From a virus (Duplodnaviria; Caudoviricetes), in IMG/VR virus record IMGVR_UViG_3300010362_000089, positions 1 to 27,008 of that record: a stretch of DNA of 27,008 nucleotides; one strand, given 5' to 3'. Below the pieces are notes generated by a model that worked only from the letters and a program-made list of their open reading frames with translations, ran no database searches and had not been told where the DNA came from. How positions within the stretch are numbered: the stretch's first letter is position 1; every line of letters starts with the position of its first letter. Below are positions 6,951 through 16,396 of this stretch, one piece after another. The position numbers were made by a program, and so were the translations under genes.

Positions 6951-7805
6951 TCATAGCTTAGCTAAATCCTTGTCCATTTGCGTCATTGTCTCATCACCCA
7001 CGAGACCGTCAGCCAAAAGTCCACGTGACTCTTGATAAAGCCGCACCGCGTTGCGTGAGAGTTTGCCGTAGCTTCCATCGACCACGAGCGGCGGTTTAAT
7101 ATTCATAATTTTATTGAGACTGTTCTGTATCCATTTGGTACCGGTGAGGCCACCGCCAACAGGACCCGGCGACGGCTCTGGCGTTGCTGGCGGAGACTCG
7201 GAAACAGCCGGTGGCAGGTTAAACATATCGTCCAAGCTTGAATCAAGTTCAACCATCCGACGCATCACCGGAATGATCCCAACCTGCTCATCAACCTCCC
7301 CTGGGTCCCACACACCGTCCGCGACGTACTTGCCGCCCTTGCCAGCAGGCGGATCATAGACGTTGGTTCCTGACCACAGATAGCCGGTGTGGCGACCATG
7401 ATTACGCGGCCCAAAGCCGTTCCAAATTTCTCCCTTCCAACAAAGATAAGCCCATGACCAAGGTGCGGTGTGATTGTCCAACGCATCGTAGCGAATGTAA
7501 TAGACGGCAGCATCAACCCAAGAGCGGAAAGGTCCCTTGCCACGCGGAACATGAGTGGAAACTTGATTCCAAGGATCGCCCTGTCCGAGAGCCGCGTGCG
7601 GATTGCAGTCTGATTCCCGCAAGTCCAGCGTTCCAATCAGAATAGAAGGCACGCCAGTGATTTCAGCTGCACGCTTGTGTCGGTCGGATGGAGGGGCATC
7701 AAGAAGAAGTCGAGCGGCGCGGTCAACGGCGTAATGCCGTGTCACTACCATTGAAGCGAGCAGTCGCTCGTATTCAGGCTTCAATTCGGCAAACGGATGA
7801 TTCAA
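6951..7805 (-). CDS. Endolysin: COG5526-type lysozyme domain plus C-terminal PG_binding_1
   Basis: LRES, GQGDPW...STHVPRGKGPF, WNGFG, YLWSGT, GKYVADGVWD...DEQVG; Pro linker; WIQNSLN...LVVDGSYG...YQESRGLLADGLVGDET. TTG 7805 is preferred over the track start 7841 because it follows GGGGTGA. Confidence 0.9.
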   Translation of the reverse strand: MNHPFAELKPEYERLLASMVVTRHYAVDRAARLLLDAPPSDRHKRAAEITGVPSILIGTLDLRESDCNPHAALGQGDPWNQVSTHVPRGKGPFRSWVDAAVYYIRYDALDNHTAPWSWAYLCWKGEIWNGFGPRNHGRHTGYLWSGTNVYDPPAGKGGKYVADGVWDPGEVDEQVGIIPVMRRMVELDSSLDDMFNLPPAVSESPPATPEPSPGPVGGGLTGTKWIQNSLNKIMNIKPPLVVDGSYGKLSRNAVRLYQESRGLLADGLVGDETMTQMDKDLAKL

Positions 7806-8066
7806 CTCATCACCCCTAGTTCTTGGCCTCTGGGACGACACACTTGGCTAACAATCTCTGGACTTCGGTCTGTTGGTTGAGGAACGCCGTAAGTATCTCC
7901 TGACGACCAGTGTAGAAGTGGTTTGACTCGTAGTAGACATATCCCAACAATCCAAAACTGATGACGATCAGCGCTAGAACCGCCGGTTGCGATCCTAGCG
8001 TCGTGATCAACGTGCCCGCTGCCTTTGCGCCTTCCTCTAGCGCGCCCGGATTCATTTCATCACCCC
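7799..8066. repeat. 18-bp imperfect direct repeat (16/18 identical), copies 250 bp apart
   Basis: GATTCAACTCATCACCCC (7799-7816) and GATTCATTTCATCACCCC (8049-8066). Each covers the SD and start codon of a lysis gene on the - strand. Confidence 0.8.
7816..8055 (-). CDS. Small single-TM protein, holin candidate (79 aa)
   Basis: TM segment PAVLALIVISFGLLGYVYY; lies immediately upstream of the endolysin. Confidence 0.6.
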   Translation of the reverse strand: MNPGALEEGAKAAGTLITTLGSQPAVLALIVISFGLLGYVYYESNHFYTGRQEILTAFLNQQTEVQRLLAKCVVPEAKN

Positions 8067-9325
8067 ATCAGTTCTTGCGCTTGAATCCAACACGAGCCGA
8101 AGATCGGATAAGACACCGGGCCGGTGCCGCTCGGGCAGCTCAGCTGAATCGCCCAACTGTTCGCCAATGACGCTATCGGGTAGTCGAAACCAAAGACGAA
8201 CACTGGCCAGAGAAACCCGGAGTTCGTGCCCGAAGCTTGCAAGATAGTGACGTTCGTACTTTCGTTATAATTTTGCGTCACGTTGAAAATGCGGATAGCG
8301 GCCTGATCGCTGCTGTTGACTGTTTGCACACACGCGCCACCTGCCATCAGTGCGACGATGTTGCACTTCGATGCCATCGTCAGGGAGACGGTCACGACGC
8401 TGGTGAAGGACGACGAACTTGAGTTAACGGTGGTAGCAGTTGCGTTGACTTTCGTTTGGATAACCGAACCCGGCAACGGCACATGCGGTCCCCACATCAC
8501 CGTCTTGTTTGGCGTGCTCGACCAAGTGCCTGCCGTCGCAAGCGGCGTATCGTCCCAATCAAAATACCCAAGGATGAAGAACGGCACGCTGCTGCGCGCG
8601 GTCACCGAATAACTAACCAAGAACGAATCGTCTGCGGCACCAGCCTGCGCCGTCGTGCTGATTACGCCAGTGCCAAAACCGCCAACTGCGTTGCCGTTGC
8701 CTTGCCCAAACTGACCGGTGCAGTTGCGCACGATCAACTCTGCCACGCCCGCGTTGAGCAGCACCGCCAACCAGATGCGCCCCGGCGTATTGTTGGCGAA
8801 TCCCATCGTCGCGCCGGACGCGACAGTGATCGTCAGCGCCGCCGCCACACGAACGACAGTGCTGAGGCCGCCTGCAGTTTGGAAAACGAGGAAGACTGGA
8901 TCAGTGCCGCTTGGCGTCGCGCCCGCTTCCGTGAGGACCGCGAACGTCGCGGCGTTGCCAGCGACCGTGCATTTTATTGATCCGTTGAACACGGACGGAT
9001 GCGCGTTCAAATTCATTGTGAGACGCAGCTGCTCGGCGGCAGCATCCATCCACACTTCTTTGGTGCCCGCGCTGAAGTTCACCAACGCGCCGCCGTTCGA
9101 GGACGCGAAAACAGTGGTGCGCGTGAACGTGGTCGCGGAGGCGCGTGTGCCGAGGCCGACTTCCCACTCGGTCGCGCCGGAAATCTGATAGTAGAACGTG
9201 TCGTTGTTCGCCGTAGCGACGGTCGAGAACGCGCGATAGCCAGACACCGCACCGGCCAGCGTAATCGTGCCGGTGCCGGTCGTCGTTGTCGTTTCCAGAA
9301 CACGGTCGCCGATGACGAATGCCAT
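8060..9325 (-). CDS. Tail fibre / receptor-binding protein
   Basis: N-terminal DRVLETTTTTGTGTITLAGA...EWEVGLGT virion attachment-type domain, beta-rich middle, C-terminal beta-sandwich-like head; last structural gene before lysis. Confidence 0.7.
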   Translation of the reverse strand: MAFVIGDRVLETTTTTGTGTITLAGAVSGYRAFSTVATANNDTFYYQISGATEWEVGLGTRASATTFTRTTVFASSNGGALVNFSAGTKEVWMDAAAEQLRLTMNLNAHPSVFNGSIKCTVAGNAATFAVLTEAGATPSGTDPVFLVFQTAGGLSTVVRVAAALTITVASGATMGFANNTPGRIWLAVLLNAGVAELIVRNCTGQFGQGNGNAVGGFGTGVISTTAQAGAADDSFLVSYSVTARSSVPFFILGYFDWDDTPLATAGTWSSTPNKTVMWGPHVPLPGSVIQTKVNATATTVNSSSSSFTSVVTVSLTMASKCNIVALMAGGACVQTVNSSDQAAIRIFNVTQNYNESTNVTILQASGTNSGFLWPVFVFGFDYPIASLANSWAIQLSCPSGTGPVSYPIFGSCWIQAQELMG

Positions 9326-10119
9326 TAGAGCCTCTGTCGGATTGGAAACTCCACGCCGTAGAGCGCGGGTGTGAGATAGAGATTTTGCGTCATGCGCAGA
9401 TCTCCGTCGATGTAGCCCCAGACGAAGTCACGCGGGTACTGCGTCGAGGCCGCGTCGTTGATCCAGAGAATGTCGCGGTGCCCTGTGTTCACGATGGCGA
9501 TGCCGAGCTGCTCGATCAGAGCGGTGCGCTCGCTCTCGGTGATGAAGTTGAACGAGGCGTTAACGCTCCAATAGCCGGTGCGACGATCGACGAACGTCTG
9601 GCCGCCGACGCCGATCGTGTCCGCGCTGCCGCGCCTGGCCGAGCGCGTCCACGGCACTTGGAAATTAGTCGTGAGTTGTTGGCGCAGCCCGATCAGCCAA
9701 CGTCCGGCCTCGATGTAGGGCGCGGTGGGCTGGCTTATATCCAGCCGCACGTAGCGCGCGCTCGCCGCCGAGCCGAGAAAACCGAACGTCTGATAATTAG
9801 CGTCGAAATACTGTGTGCCCGTGATCGTGCCGGAGTTGAACACATCGCCCGCGACGCCGGTCGAATCGACGCTCGAAAGCCGCAACTGGAACGACGAGCT
9901 GGAGCCAAGACTGCTCACGCCGAACAGCGCCACGGTGTCGATCGTCTGCGAACTGGCAAGATCGGCGAGTATCCAAGTGCTCGCGGCGTTGTCGCGCCAC
10001 TTACGCCCGACATGCTCCTCGCGCAGCATCGAGGGCGGCGCGGTGGCGATGAAATTGCTCGCCGAGATGATAGTTGCCGTCACATCGACGAAGTTGCTAA
10101 GCACGATCGCTGCGGTCAT
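9325..10119 (-). CDS. Tail tip (distal-tail-like) protein
   Basis: Position after the hub-like gene; N-terminal beta-sandwich (ARYVRLDIS...YIEAGRW) and C-terminal Dit-like half; stop/start coupled on both sides. Confidence 0.6.
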   Translation of the reverse strand: MTAAIVLSNFVDVTATIISASNFIATAPPSMLREEHVGRKWRDNAASTWILADLASSQTIDTVALFGVSSLGSSSSFQLRLSSVDSTGVAGDVFNSGTITGTQYFDANYQTFGFLGSAASARYVRLDISQPTAPYIEAGRWLIGLRQQLTTNFQVPWTRSARRGSADTIGVGGQTFVDRRTGYWSVNASFNFITESERTALIEQLGIAIVNTGHRDILWINDAASTQYPRDFVWGYIDGDLRMTQNLYLTPALYGVEFPIRQRL

Positions 10120-11720
10120 CAGCCGAACCCAATAGCTTCCGTTTGCATCGTCGAGCAGTCGTCGCTCAGCGAAACCAGCCGCAGATATTTCCCGGTGTCG
10201 AGGCCGAGCCTATCGGCGGTGACCTTAACCACGTCCCCGATCTGATGCACGAACAACTGATTTTTCAGCGTGAACCTAAACGCCGTGAAGCCCTGCGAGT
10301 AGAGCGCGAACATGCGCTCGGCTTCGTCCTGGGCGTCGGTCAAGCTCGCGAAGTAGGAGTCTATCGGCTCCGGATCGGGCGCGTCGGGATAGTTCTGTAG
10401 GATGGTCGTCGACTCAGCGTCAGTCGTTGACGCCAGTTGATAAGGAGCACGCAGCGTATCGGCGAACGTCGGATTGCTCACCATCACCTCGCCGAATAGA
10501 TCGGTCTGCACTGTGTAGTTGCGCTGGTAAACAACCCGTCGTCGATGCGGCGGCGGGTCGGTATTTTCCGGCATCGCCGTTCTGTCGATGTCCAGCATGT
10601 CACCGCCTGTGATCGTGTAGCTGGCGGCGAGCTCGTTCGAGTTAGGTGCCGAGAAGCGCTCGACGCGTATCTGCCCGAGCGGCGTTATCCCCCACCAGCC
10701 GCCGATCCCCGCCATAAGCTTCGTGAGCACGTCCGCGCAAGTGTCGCTCGCTTCGCTGCCGAGGTAGAAACCAACCGCCGCTGGCTGATCCGAGTTGAGC
10801 GTGTCGAACGACGCCTGTTCGCGCGTCGGCGCGCCCGCGATGCTGGCCACGAGCGCGCTGATGATGTCGGCGGTGCTCGAGCGCAGCCCGATCGCGTCGG
10901 CGGTGACCTGCTTGAACGGCGAGCCTCCGAGCAGGAAATATCCGTCGCTGAGTGATGTGCCGTACTTGCCCGGCGTGATCGAGGCCGCCGCGCCTCGCAA
11001 CGTCGCGACGTTGGCGAAATCGCCGACATTGGTGAGCACGACGCCGCCGTCCCTCACGGCGGTGATGATCGACAGGCCGCCGTCGTTGAGCTGGTAGAGC
11101 AGCTCGTTGGGGATCACGAGCGTCGGCGTGACGTTGAACACGGTGCCGTCGAGGAACGGCTTGCGCTTGCCGAGTAACTCAGTCGTTCCGTCAAGGCCGC
11201 CGAGCGCGCCGTAGATATTTTTTTGCGCTGGCTCCGTTATCAGCGGCAACGCAGCGTCGCGCATGTCGATGATGACGGCGCTCCGGCTGACGCGAAACCT
11301 CTCAGCGACGAAGCGCGCGGCAAGCTCGAACGTAGCGTACGGTAGGACGACGATGCCGCTGTCGTCTGCTTGTCCGATGGTGAATCGAACGGGTTGTCCG
11401 TTCAGGGAAATCGCGCCAGCGAGGTCGTCGTAATCCCCATCGGCGTTGATCAGCGTCAGCTCGCCCACATTGTCGGAAAATCCGCCGTAACCGCCGCCGC
11501 CGCTCGCTCCGATCGAGCGGTCAAGCCGGATGGTTGCCTCTAGTGAACCGCTGAATGCGGTATCCGGCGGAACGTCGGTCGTTCGCGTGATGAAGAACTC
11601 GGTCGCCGCGTAGATGTGCGTGATCGGCTCTTGCGCGATGATCAGCGCGTCGGCGTCAGGATAGGCGCTCTGGAACGGAAGCCCCGAGACCTGCAACGAC
11701 GAGATCGGACCGAAGCCCAT
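10119..11720 (-). CDS. Tail tip / hub protein
   Basis: GELTLINADGDYD, GKRKPFLDGTVFNVTPTLV, LYQLNDG, VRDGG and a C-terminal IGDVVKVT...RLGL motif, as in post-tape-measure proteins of proteobacterial siphoviruses. Confidence 0.7.
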   Translation of the reverse strand: MGFGPISSLQVSGLPFQSAYPDADALIIAQEPITHIYAATEFFITRTTDVPPDTAFSGSLEATIRLDRSIGASGGGGYGGFSDNVGELTLINADGDYDDLAGAISLNGQPVRFTIGQADDSGIVVLPYATFELAARFVAERFRVSRSAVIIDMRDAALPLITEPAQKNIYGALGGLDGTTELLGKRKPFLDGTVFNVTPTLVIPNELLYQLNDGGLSIITAVRDGGVVLTNVGDFANVATLRGAAASITPGKYGTSLSDGYFLLGGSPFKQVTADAIGLRSSTADIISALVASIAGAPTREQASFDTLNSDQPAAVGFYLGSEASDTCADVLTKLMAGIGGWWGITPLGQIRVERFSAPNSNELAASYTITGGDMLDIDRTAMPENTDPPPHRRRVVYQRNYTVQTDLFGEVMVSNPTFADTLRAPYQLASTTDAESTTILQNYPDAPDPEPIDSYFASLTDAQDEAERMFALYSQGFTAFRFTLKNQLFVHQIGDVVKVTADRLGLDTGKYLRLVSLSDDCSTMQTEAIGFG

Positions 11721-11724
11721 AGCG

Positions 11725-11907
11725 CTAACTCAAAGGTAGAGCTGTGATCTCGACCGCCAGGATCAGGCGACGCCACGTCTCCGATTGAATCTCGGCGATG
11801 GCGCTTTGAAGATTCGGGAACATCTGCGCGATGCCGTCGATCTCGATGAACTGCGTCGTCGGCAAGCCGTTGCTGATCGTGTAGCTCGAGATCGGACGCA
11901 GCCCCAT
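11725..11907 (-). CDS. Small virion-associated protein (60 aa, MGLRPISS...LAVEITALPLS)
   Basis: ATG 11907 coupled (TGATG) to the upstream stop; real part of track ORF 11725..12390. N-terminus resembles that of the next gene. Confidence 0.7.
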   Translation of the reverse strand: MGLRPISSYTISNGLPTTQFIEIDGIAQMFPNLQSAIAEIQSETWRRLILAVEITALPLS

Positions 11908-12305
11908 CAGCGCAACGTGATCTTGAACAGGCCCGCTTTGAACGTCACGCGCCGTCCGCCGTTGACGACTTGCCGCGCGGTGCCGACCGCCTCGTAGTAG
12001 ATCATGTTGCCCGCGCTCACCGCGTCGAGCACGCCAACGTAGGACAAGATGCCCCAATCCGCCGTGGGCGTCGGGAACAACACGTCGCTGCCGAGCGTCG
12101 AAGCGCCGCTGCTGTCGAAGGCGGACATGACGGCGGTGAGCGCCTGCCGCGCGTAGCTGCCGCCCGTGAACTCGCTCGCCTGCGATCCTGCCGCGCCTGG
12201 GCTTGCTGCGAACAAACCTAAAAAAACACCGGTCGGCATCGTAAATGCGGCTTTGCCGATGCTGTGGTCGCCGAGTTTCTGCTGGCCGTAAGTCGTCAGC
12301 GGCAT
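11907..12305 (-). CDS. Virion structural protein, minor tail/fibre-base family (132 aa)
   Basis: ATG 12305 coupled to the tape measure stop. VFLGLFAASPG...EFTGGSYARQA...VLFPTPTADWG...VGVLDAVSAGNMIY is a widespread phage structural motif set. Confidence 0.75.
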   Translation of the reverse strand: MPLTTYGQQKLGDHSIGKAAFTMPTGVFLGLFAASPGAAGSQASEFTGGSYARQALTAVMSAFDSSGASTLGSDVLFPTPTADWGILSYVGVLDAVSAGNMIYYEAVGTARQVVNGGRRVTFKAGLFKITLR

Positions 12306-15300
12306 CACGCGGCCCCTTTGCGCGCCGCGAAGCGCTGCTCGCGGTTGAGCTGCTGCGTCTGGCTGTTGGTCGCCTGCGTGTTGGCCGCAATCTCGCGGTT
12401 CGCGGCGACTTGCAGATCGGCGATTTCCTCGAGCAGCGATGAGAGCATAATCCCCATGCGGCGAACCTCCATTGCTAAATTCTCGCTGCCCGGCCAAGTA
12501 CCGGTCGCGTTCAACTGTTGGAGATTTGCCGCGTTGGCGCTGGCGACAGAGCCGCGCACCACAAACTCGCCCGGTGAGAGCCACGCCGCGACAGTATCGC
12601 CACCCGTGCCTATCGGCCCACCGTAAGCGCGGCGGATCGGCACCACGTTCGGCCCGAACATTCCCGCTCCCGCCATGCCGACGAATCCGCCCATGGCGAA
12701 GCCAGCGCGCGCCGCTTCGCGCACTTCGATCGCAGCGAGCAAGGAAGTTTGTACTTCCGCCTCCTCGGCCACGCGCTTGACGGCCTCGGTTGTTTCTTTG
12801 ACCGCGTCCGTCGTTTCTGTAACTGCATTGGTCGTCGCTTGCGCCGCCGCCACCGCCGGATCCGGGCCACCGATGACCGCCGGCAGCGTCATCAACGCGG
12901 TGACGATGTCGTTCTGTATGTTCTGGAACTGCGTGCTCGATCCGAAGAAGTCTCGCGCCGCTTGGCGGAAGGCTTCGGCGGATTGCGTGATGTCGTGCTG
13001 CGCCTGGATGTCGCCGGTGCGAGCGGTGGCGAGCTGGCGCTGGAAGATCGCCTGCGCGTTCGCGAGCCGCGCGGACGGGCTCAGGCCGGATTGCGCGCCG
13101 GTTTGGATACCGGCGATGTAATCGGTGATCGTCTTCGCCGCCGCCTTGATCTGCGCGATGCGCTGTTCTTCGGCGCGCTTCTGCTCCGCTAGCGCCTGCG
13201 CCGCAGCACGTTGCTGTTCGGCCAAAGCTTGGTCGGCAGCTTGTTGCTGTGCAGCGGCGGCGCGGGCGTTGAAATTGTTGATGATCGCCATACGCTCGGC
13301 GGCGAGCACTTGTTCCAGCAGAACGAGGTTCGCGCCACCTTGCTGTGCCTCCTGCGCGCGTTGCAGTGCGGCCTGGGCATCGAAGATCGCCAGTTGCCCA
13401 GCGAGCGAACTCGGATCGACAGTGGCTTGAACCAGCCTCACTTGCAGCGATTGTGCGGCTTGCAAGCGTTGCTGGGCGGCAGCCTGTTCCGCCGCAAGCG
13501 CTCGCGCGTTGAAATCCTCGATGATGCGCAAGCGCTCTGCGCCGAGTGTTTGCTCTAACAGCGCGATATTCTGGCCGCCAGCGGTGAGCTCCGCTTGCAC
13601 TTGCTGCATCGCCGAGCGGTCGAACGCCGCGAGCGCGCCCGCCAGCGTCGATGTGTCGTTGGTCGCCGCGAACAGCCGGTCTTGCAGCTCCCGCGTCGAT
13701 CTCGCCAGATCGTCGGCGGAACGCGACACGGCGTTGGCGGCGGCGACAGCCGCGTCGCTGAACTCGGTGACCATGCCCGTCAGGAACGGGAAGGTCCGCA
13801 ACAACGTGTCGAACTGATCTCCCGTCAACTTGAGGCTATTGACGAGGTTCTGCGCCGAGGTTCTGAACAGCGCGTCGATCCGCGTGCTCTCGTCGATGCC
13901 GAGCGCTTGCGAATCTGCCGCGAGCTGAAGCATCTGTTTGTGCAGATCGTCGAACTGATTAAGGAAGCCCTGGCCCGTCGCCTCGCGGGTCATTGCGGTG
14001 ATCTTGTCGATGAAGTTATTTCTTACGTTAGTGGCGAACTGATTGAATGTATCACTCGCATCCGCCATACCCTGTCGAATGTTAGCTAACATGGTCGCGA
14101 ATTGGCCAGCTGGGATCGCGCCCTCGAGAAATGCCTTCGTCACCGCGACGATGGCCTTGTTGCTCTGTTGCGTGAAGCTGTCAAGTTGATCCTGTCCACG
14201 TTGAAGCTCTTGCGCGAACGGACCTAGGTTTTGCGTCAGCTTTTGCATAGACTTGCTGGCTTCGTTGAGCGCTTGTGTCGCTTCAATCGCGGCGTTGCGC
14301 ACTTGCTCTTGCGCCCGCGCCAAATCCTCTGCTGCCTTTTTGTCCGCTTCGCTCGGACCACCGGTGATCTTGGAAGCAAGAAAGGCGGTCAAAGCGATGC
14401 CGCCGCTGATTAATGCGCCACCGATATCGCCCTTGATCAAATTGCGGATCGCTTCACTTGCTGCCGTCGTTGCGATCGCTTTCAGCGAGGCGTTGAACGC
14501 GTCGGCCGCGTTCGCTCCGTGGATGAAAGCAGAAGCCATCGCTGCTCCCAGCTCGCCGATCGCGTCGTCGACTTTTTTGACGATCGGACTCGCAGCAAAC
14601 ATCGCGCGGTTGACATCTTCCTGGCTGACTTTCTGTTGCTGCAACGCCAAAGCAGCTTCGGTAACTTTCAGACCGTATTTTTCTTGTTCCGTAGCGGCGT
14701 CGCCTAGAATTGCGATCGTCGCGCGTTGTTTCTCTATCGCCATATCAAGCGGCAGTTGCTGGACGGCGCGGTTATAGGCCTCCTGCGTGATCTGACCTTT
14801 GCTTACTTGAAGACTCAGATCGCTTATTTTTGCTGCGTATTTCTCGCTGATGGTCGCCGCATTGCCCATCGCCGCGACCGAAGCTTGTGTAATTTGATTG
14901 GCAGTTTCCTGTTTTGTGAGATCAATCGCGCGATTTCTGAGTTCCTCCGCTTTTGTAAAATCAATGAGAGCAAATTTGCCGTTGGCAAAGTCGGAAGTGA
15001 TCTGCGCTATCCGAGCGCGCAACTGATCCTGTACGGTAGCGCCCGCGCCTAGCGCGGTGTTCAAGTTCTTCAAATCGTTGGCGTACCGTTCAGCAGCTTT
15101 GCCTGCTGCTTCAAAATCGGCTGCGGCACCGACTGGCGTGCGCTGTTCAAGCGGCACCGCAGGCGCGGCGGGGACGGCCGGTGCTGCTGGCGTCGTACCT
15201 TGGAAACCAAAAATTTTCATCCACGGATGGCGCTGGGCGAACTCGTCAATCTGCTTACCGATATTTTGGAAGAAAGCGACGAACCCAGGAGCCTGCTGTT

Positions 15301-16396
15301 GTAGGCCTTCACCCATACTCTTGAGCCATTCGTCGGTGCGCTTGCGGTTCTCGACGATGAACTCGCCTGTGTGCTGTAGTCCTTCCTGGAAACTTATCTG
15401 CGCCTGTAACACATCGGCAGCGAACAACTTGGTGAAGGTCTCTGCGGTCTCACGCTTCAAATTTTTAAGTTGCCCTTCGAGCGCTTTCAGGTTGGCGATC
15501 TCGTCCTGCGTCAACGTGACCGACGCTTTTTGTTGCTCTACCAATGCATCTAATCCGCCAACCGCACCGATCTGCTGCAACAATGGTATAGAGACTGCGG
15601 CACCACGTCCACCCGCCGCACGTGCCAAGGCATTTTGCGCTGTGCCCGCGCTCTCTAATGCGCGCGTAAAGACGTCGAGCGCTTGCGCCGTAGTAGTGGT
15701 CGCTGCAATCTCAGCAGCGAAGCCGCCGCCAAGCCTTACCAACTGCTCATAAAGTGTGCCCGAGCCACGCCGCGCCGCTTCGAGGTTACTGGTGAACATG
15801 CGGAAGAATGTATCGACCGCGCCTTCCCCAAGCCCTAGCCTTTCCGCCGCTCCCTGCAATGCTTGCACTTGATCCGTGGTCAGACCGATCGTGACCGAGA
15901 AGTTGCTGATCTGTTGCGCGCGTTCGCCTAATTTATTTGCTGCGCTAGACGCCGCTTCGAACGCCAGCACCAATGTTCCGAGAAGACCTGCGGCTGCAAC
16001 GGCGCCGGTGCCGAAGCTGGAAAGAAAACTGCCCAAACGGCCGAGTGAGTTTGCGTTAGTTTCAAGCTGAGCGACCAATGTGAATAGGGCGCGCTCTAGC
16101 CCCGATAGTTCGTGCGCGTGATCGCGTGCAGCTCCGGCGGCATCCTTTTGCGAAGCCGCCTGTTTCTTCAATGTTTCGTCGAGTTGTTTCGCCGGTAAAA
16201 TTACGCTGGCTTTGTTCAATCCCTCCTGACTGCGCGCTAAATCCTCTACAGTGACACCAAGCTCCTTCGCGGTCTTGACCAATCCAGCCGCCGCGTCCTC
16301 GCTCAGTCCGGCCGCCTTCGCGAATTCTTTGAGCGCCGCCGACGCCTCTTCGGCGTTGGTGTCGATCCTGATGCCAAGGTCCGCAACGTCAGCCAT
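12305..16396 (-). CDS. Tail tape measure protein (1363 aa)
   Basis: Starts MADVADLGIRIDT (ATG 16396); Ala/Gln-rich helical repeats; C-terminal FAMGG...DTVAAWLSPGEFVV motif; follows the chaperone pair. Confidence 0.93.
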   Translation of the reverse strand: MADVADLGIRIDTNAEEASAALKEFAKAAGLSEDAAAGLVKTAKELGVTVEDLARSQEGLNKASVILPAKQLDETLKKQAASQKDAAGAARDHAHELSGLERALFTLVAQLETNANSLGRLGSFLSSFGTGAVAAAGLLGTLVLAFEAASSAANKLGERAQQISNFSVTIGLTTDQVQALQGAAERLGLGEGAVDTFFRMFTSNLEAARRGSGTLYEQLVRLGGGFAAEIAATTTTAQALDVFTRALESAGTAQNALARAAGGRGAAVSIPLLQQIGAVGGLDALVEQQKASVTLTQDEIANLKALEGQLKNLKRETAETFTKLFAADVLQAQISFQEGLQHTGEFIVENRKRTDEWLKSMGEGLQQQAPGFVAFFQNIGKQIDEFAQRHPWMKIFGFQGTTPAAPAVPAAPAVPLEQRTPVGAAADFEAAGKAAERYANDLKNLNTALGAGATVQDQLRARIAQITSDFANGKFALIDFTKAEELRNRAIDLTKQETANQITQASVAAMGNAATISEKYAAKISDLSLQVSKGQITQEAYNRAVQQLPLDMAIEKQRATIAILGDAATEQEKYGLKVTEAALALQQQKVSQEDVNRAMFAASPIVKKVDDAIGELGAAMASAFIHGANAADAFNASLKAIATTAASEAIRNLIKGDIGGALISGGIALTAFLASKITGGPSEADKKAAEDLARAQEQVRNAAIEATQALNEASKSMQKLTQNLGPFAQELQRGQDQLDSFTQQSNKAIVAVTKAFLEGAIPAGQFATMLANIRQGMADASDTFNQFATNVRNNFIDKITAMTREATGQGFLNQFDDLHKQMLQLAADSQALGIDESTRIDALFRTSAQNLVNSLKLTGDQFDTLLRTFPFLTGMVTEFSDAAVAAANAVSRSADDLARSTRELQDRLFAATNDTSTLAGALAAFDRSAMQQVQAELTAGGQNIALLEQTLGAERLRIIEDFNARALAAEQAAAQQRLQAAQSLQVRLVQATVDPSSLAGQLAIFDAQAALQRAQEAQQGGANLVLLEQVLAAERMAIINNFNARAAAAQQQAADQALAEQQRAAAQALAEQKRAEEQRIAQIKAAAKTITDYIAGIQTGAQSGLSPSARLANAQAIFQRQLATARTGDIQAQHDITQSAEAFRQAARDFFGSSTQFQNIQNDIVTALMTLPAVIGGPDPAVAAAQATTNAVTETTDAVKETTEAVKRVAEEAEVQTSLLAAIEVREAARAGFAMGGFVGMAGAGMFGPNVVPIRRAYGGPIGTGGDTVAAWLSPGEFVVRGSVASANAANLQQLNATGTWPGSENLAMEVRRMGIMLSSLLEEIADLQVAANREIAANTQATNSQTQQLNREQRFAARKGAA

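Noticed and set aside
8060-8460. Diversity-generating retroelement target in the tail fibre C-terminus
   Set aside because: I saw no reverse transcriptase or template repeat in the window.
9319-10245. 308-aa + strand ORF and other + strand ORFs across the late operon
   Set aside because: Antisense to well-supported structural genes and expected at high GC; no motifs.
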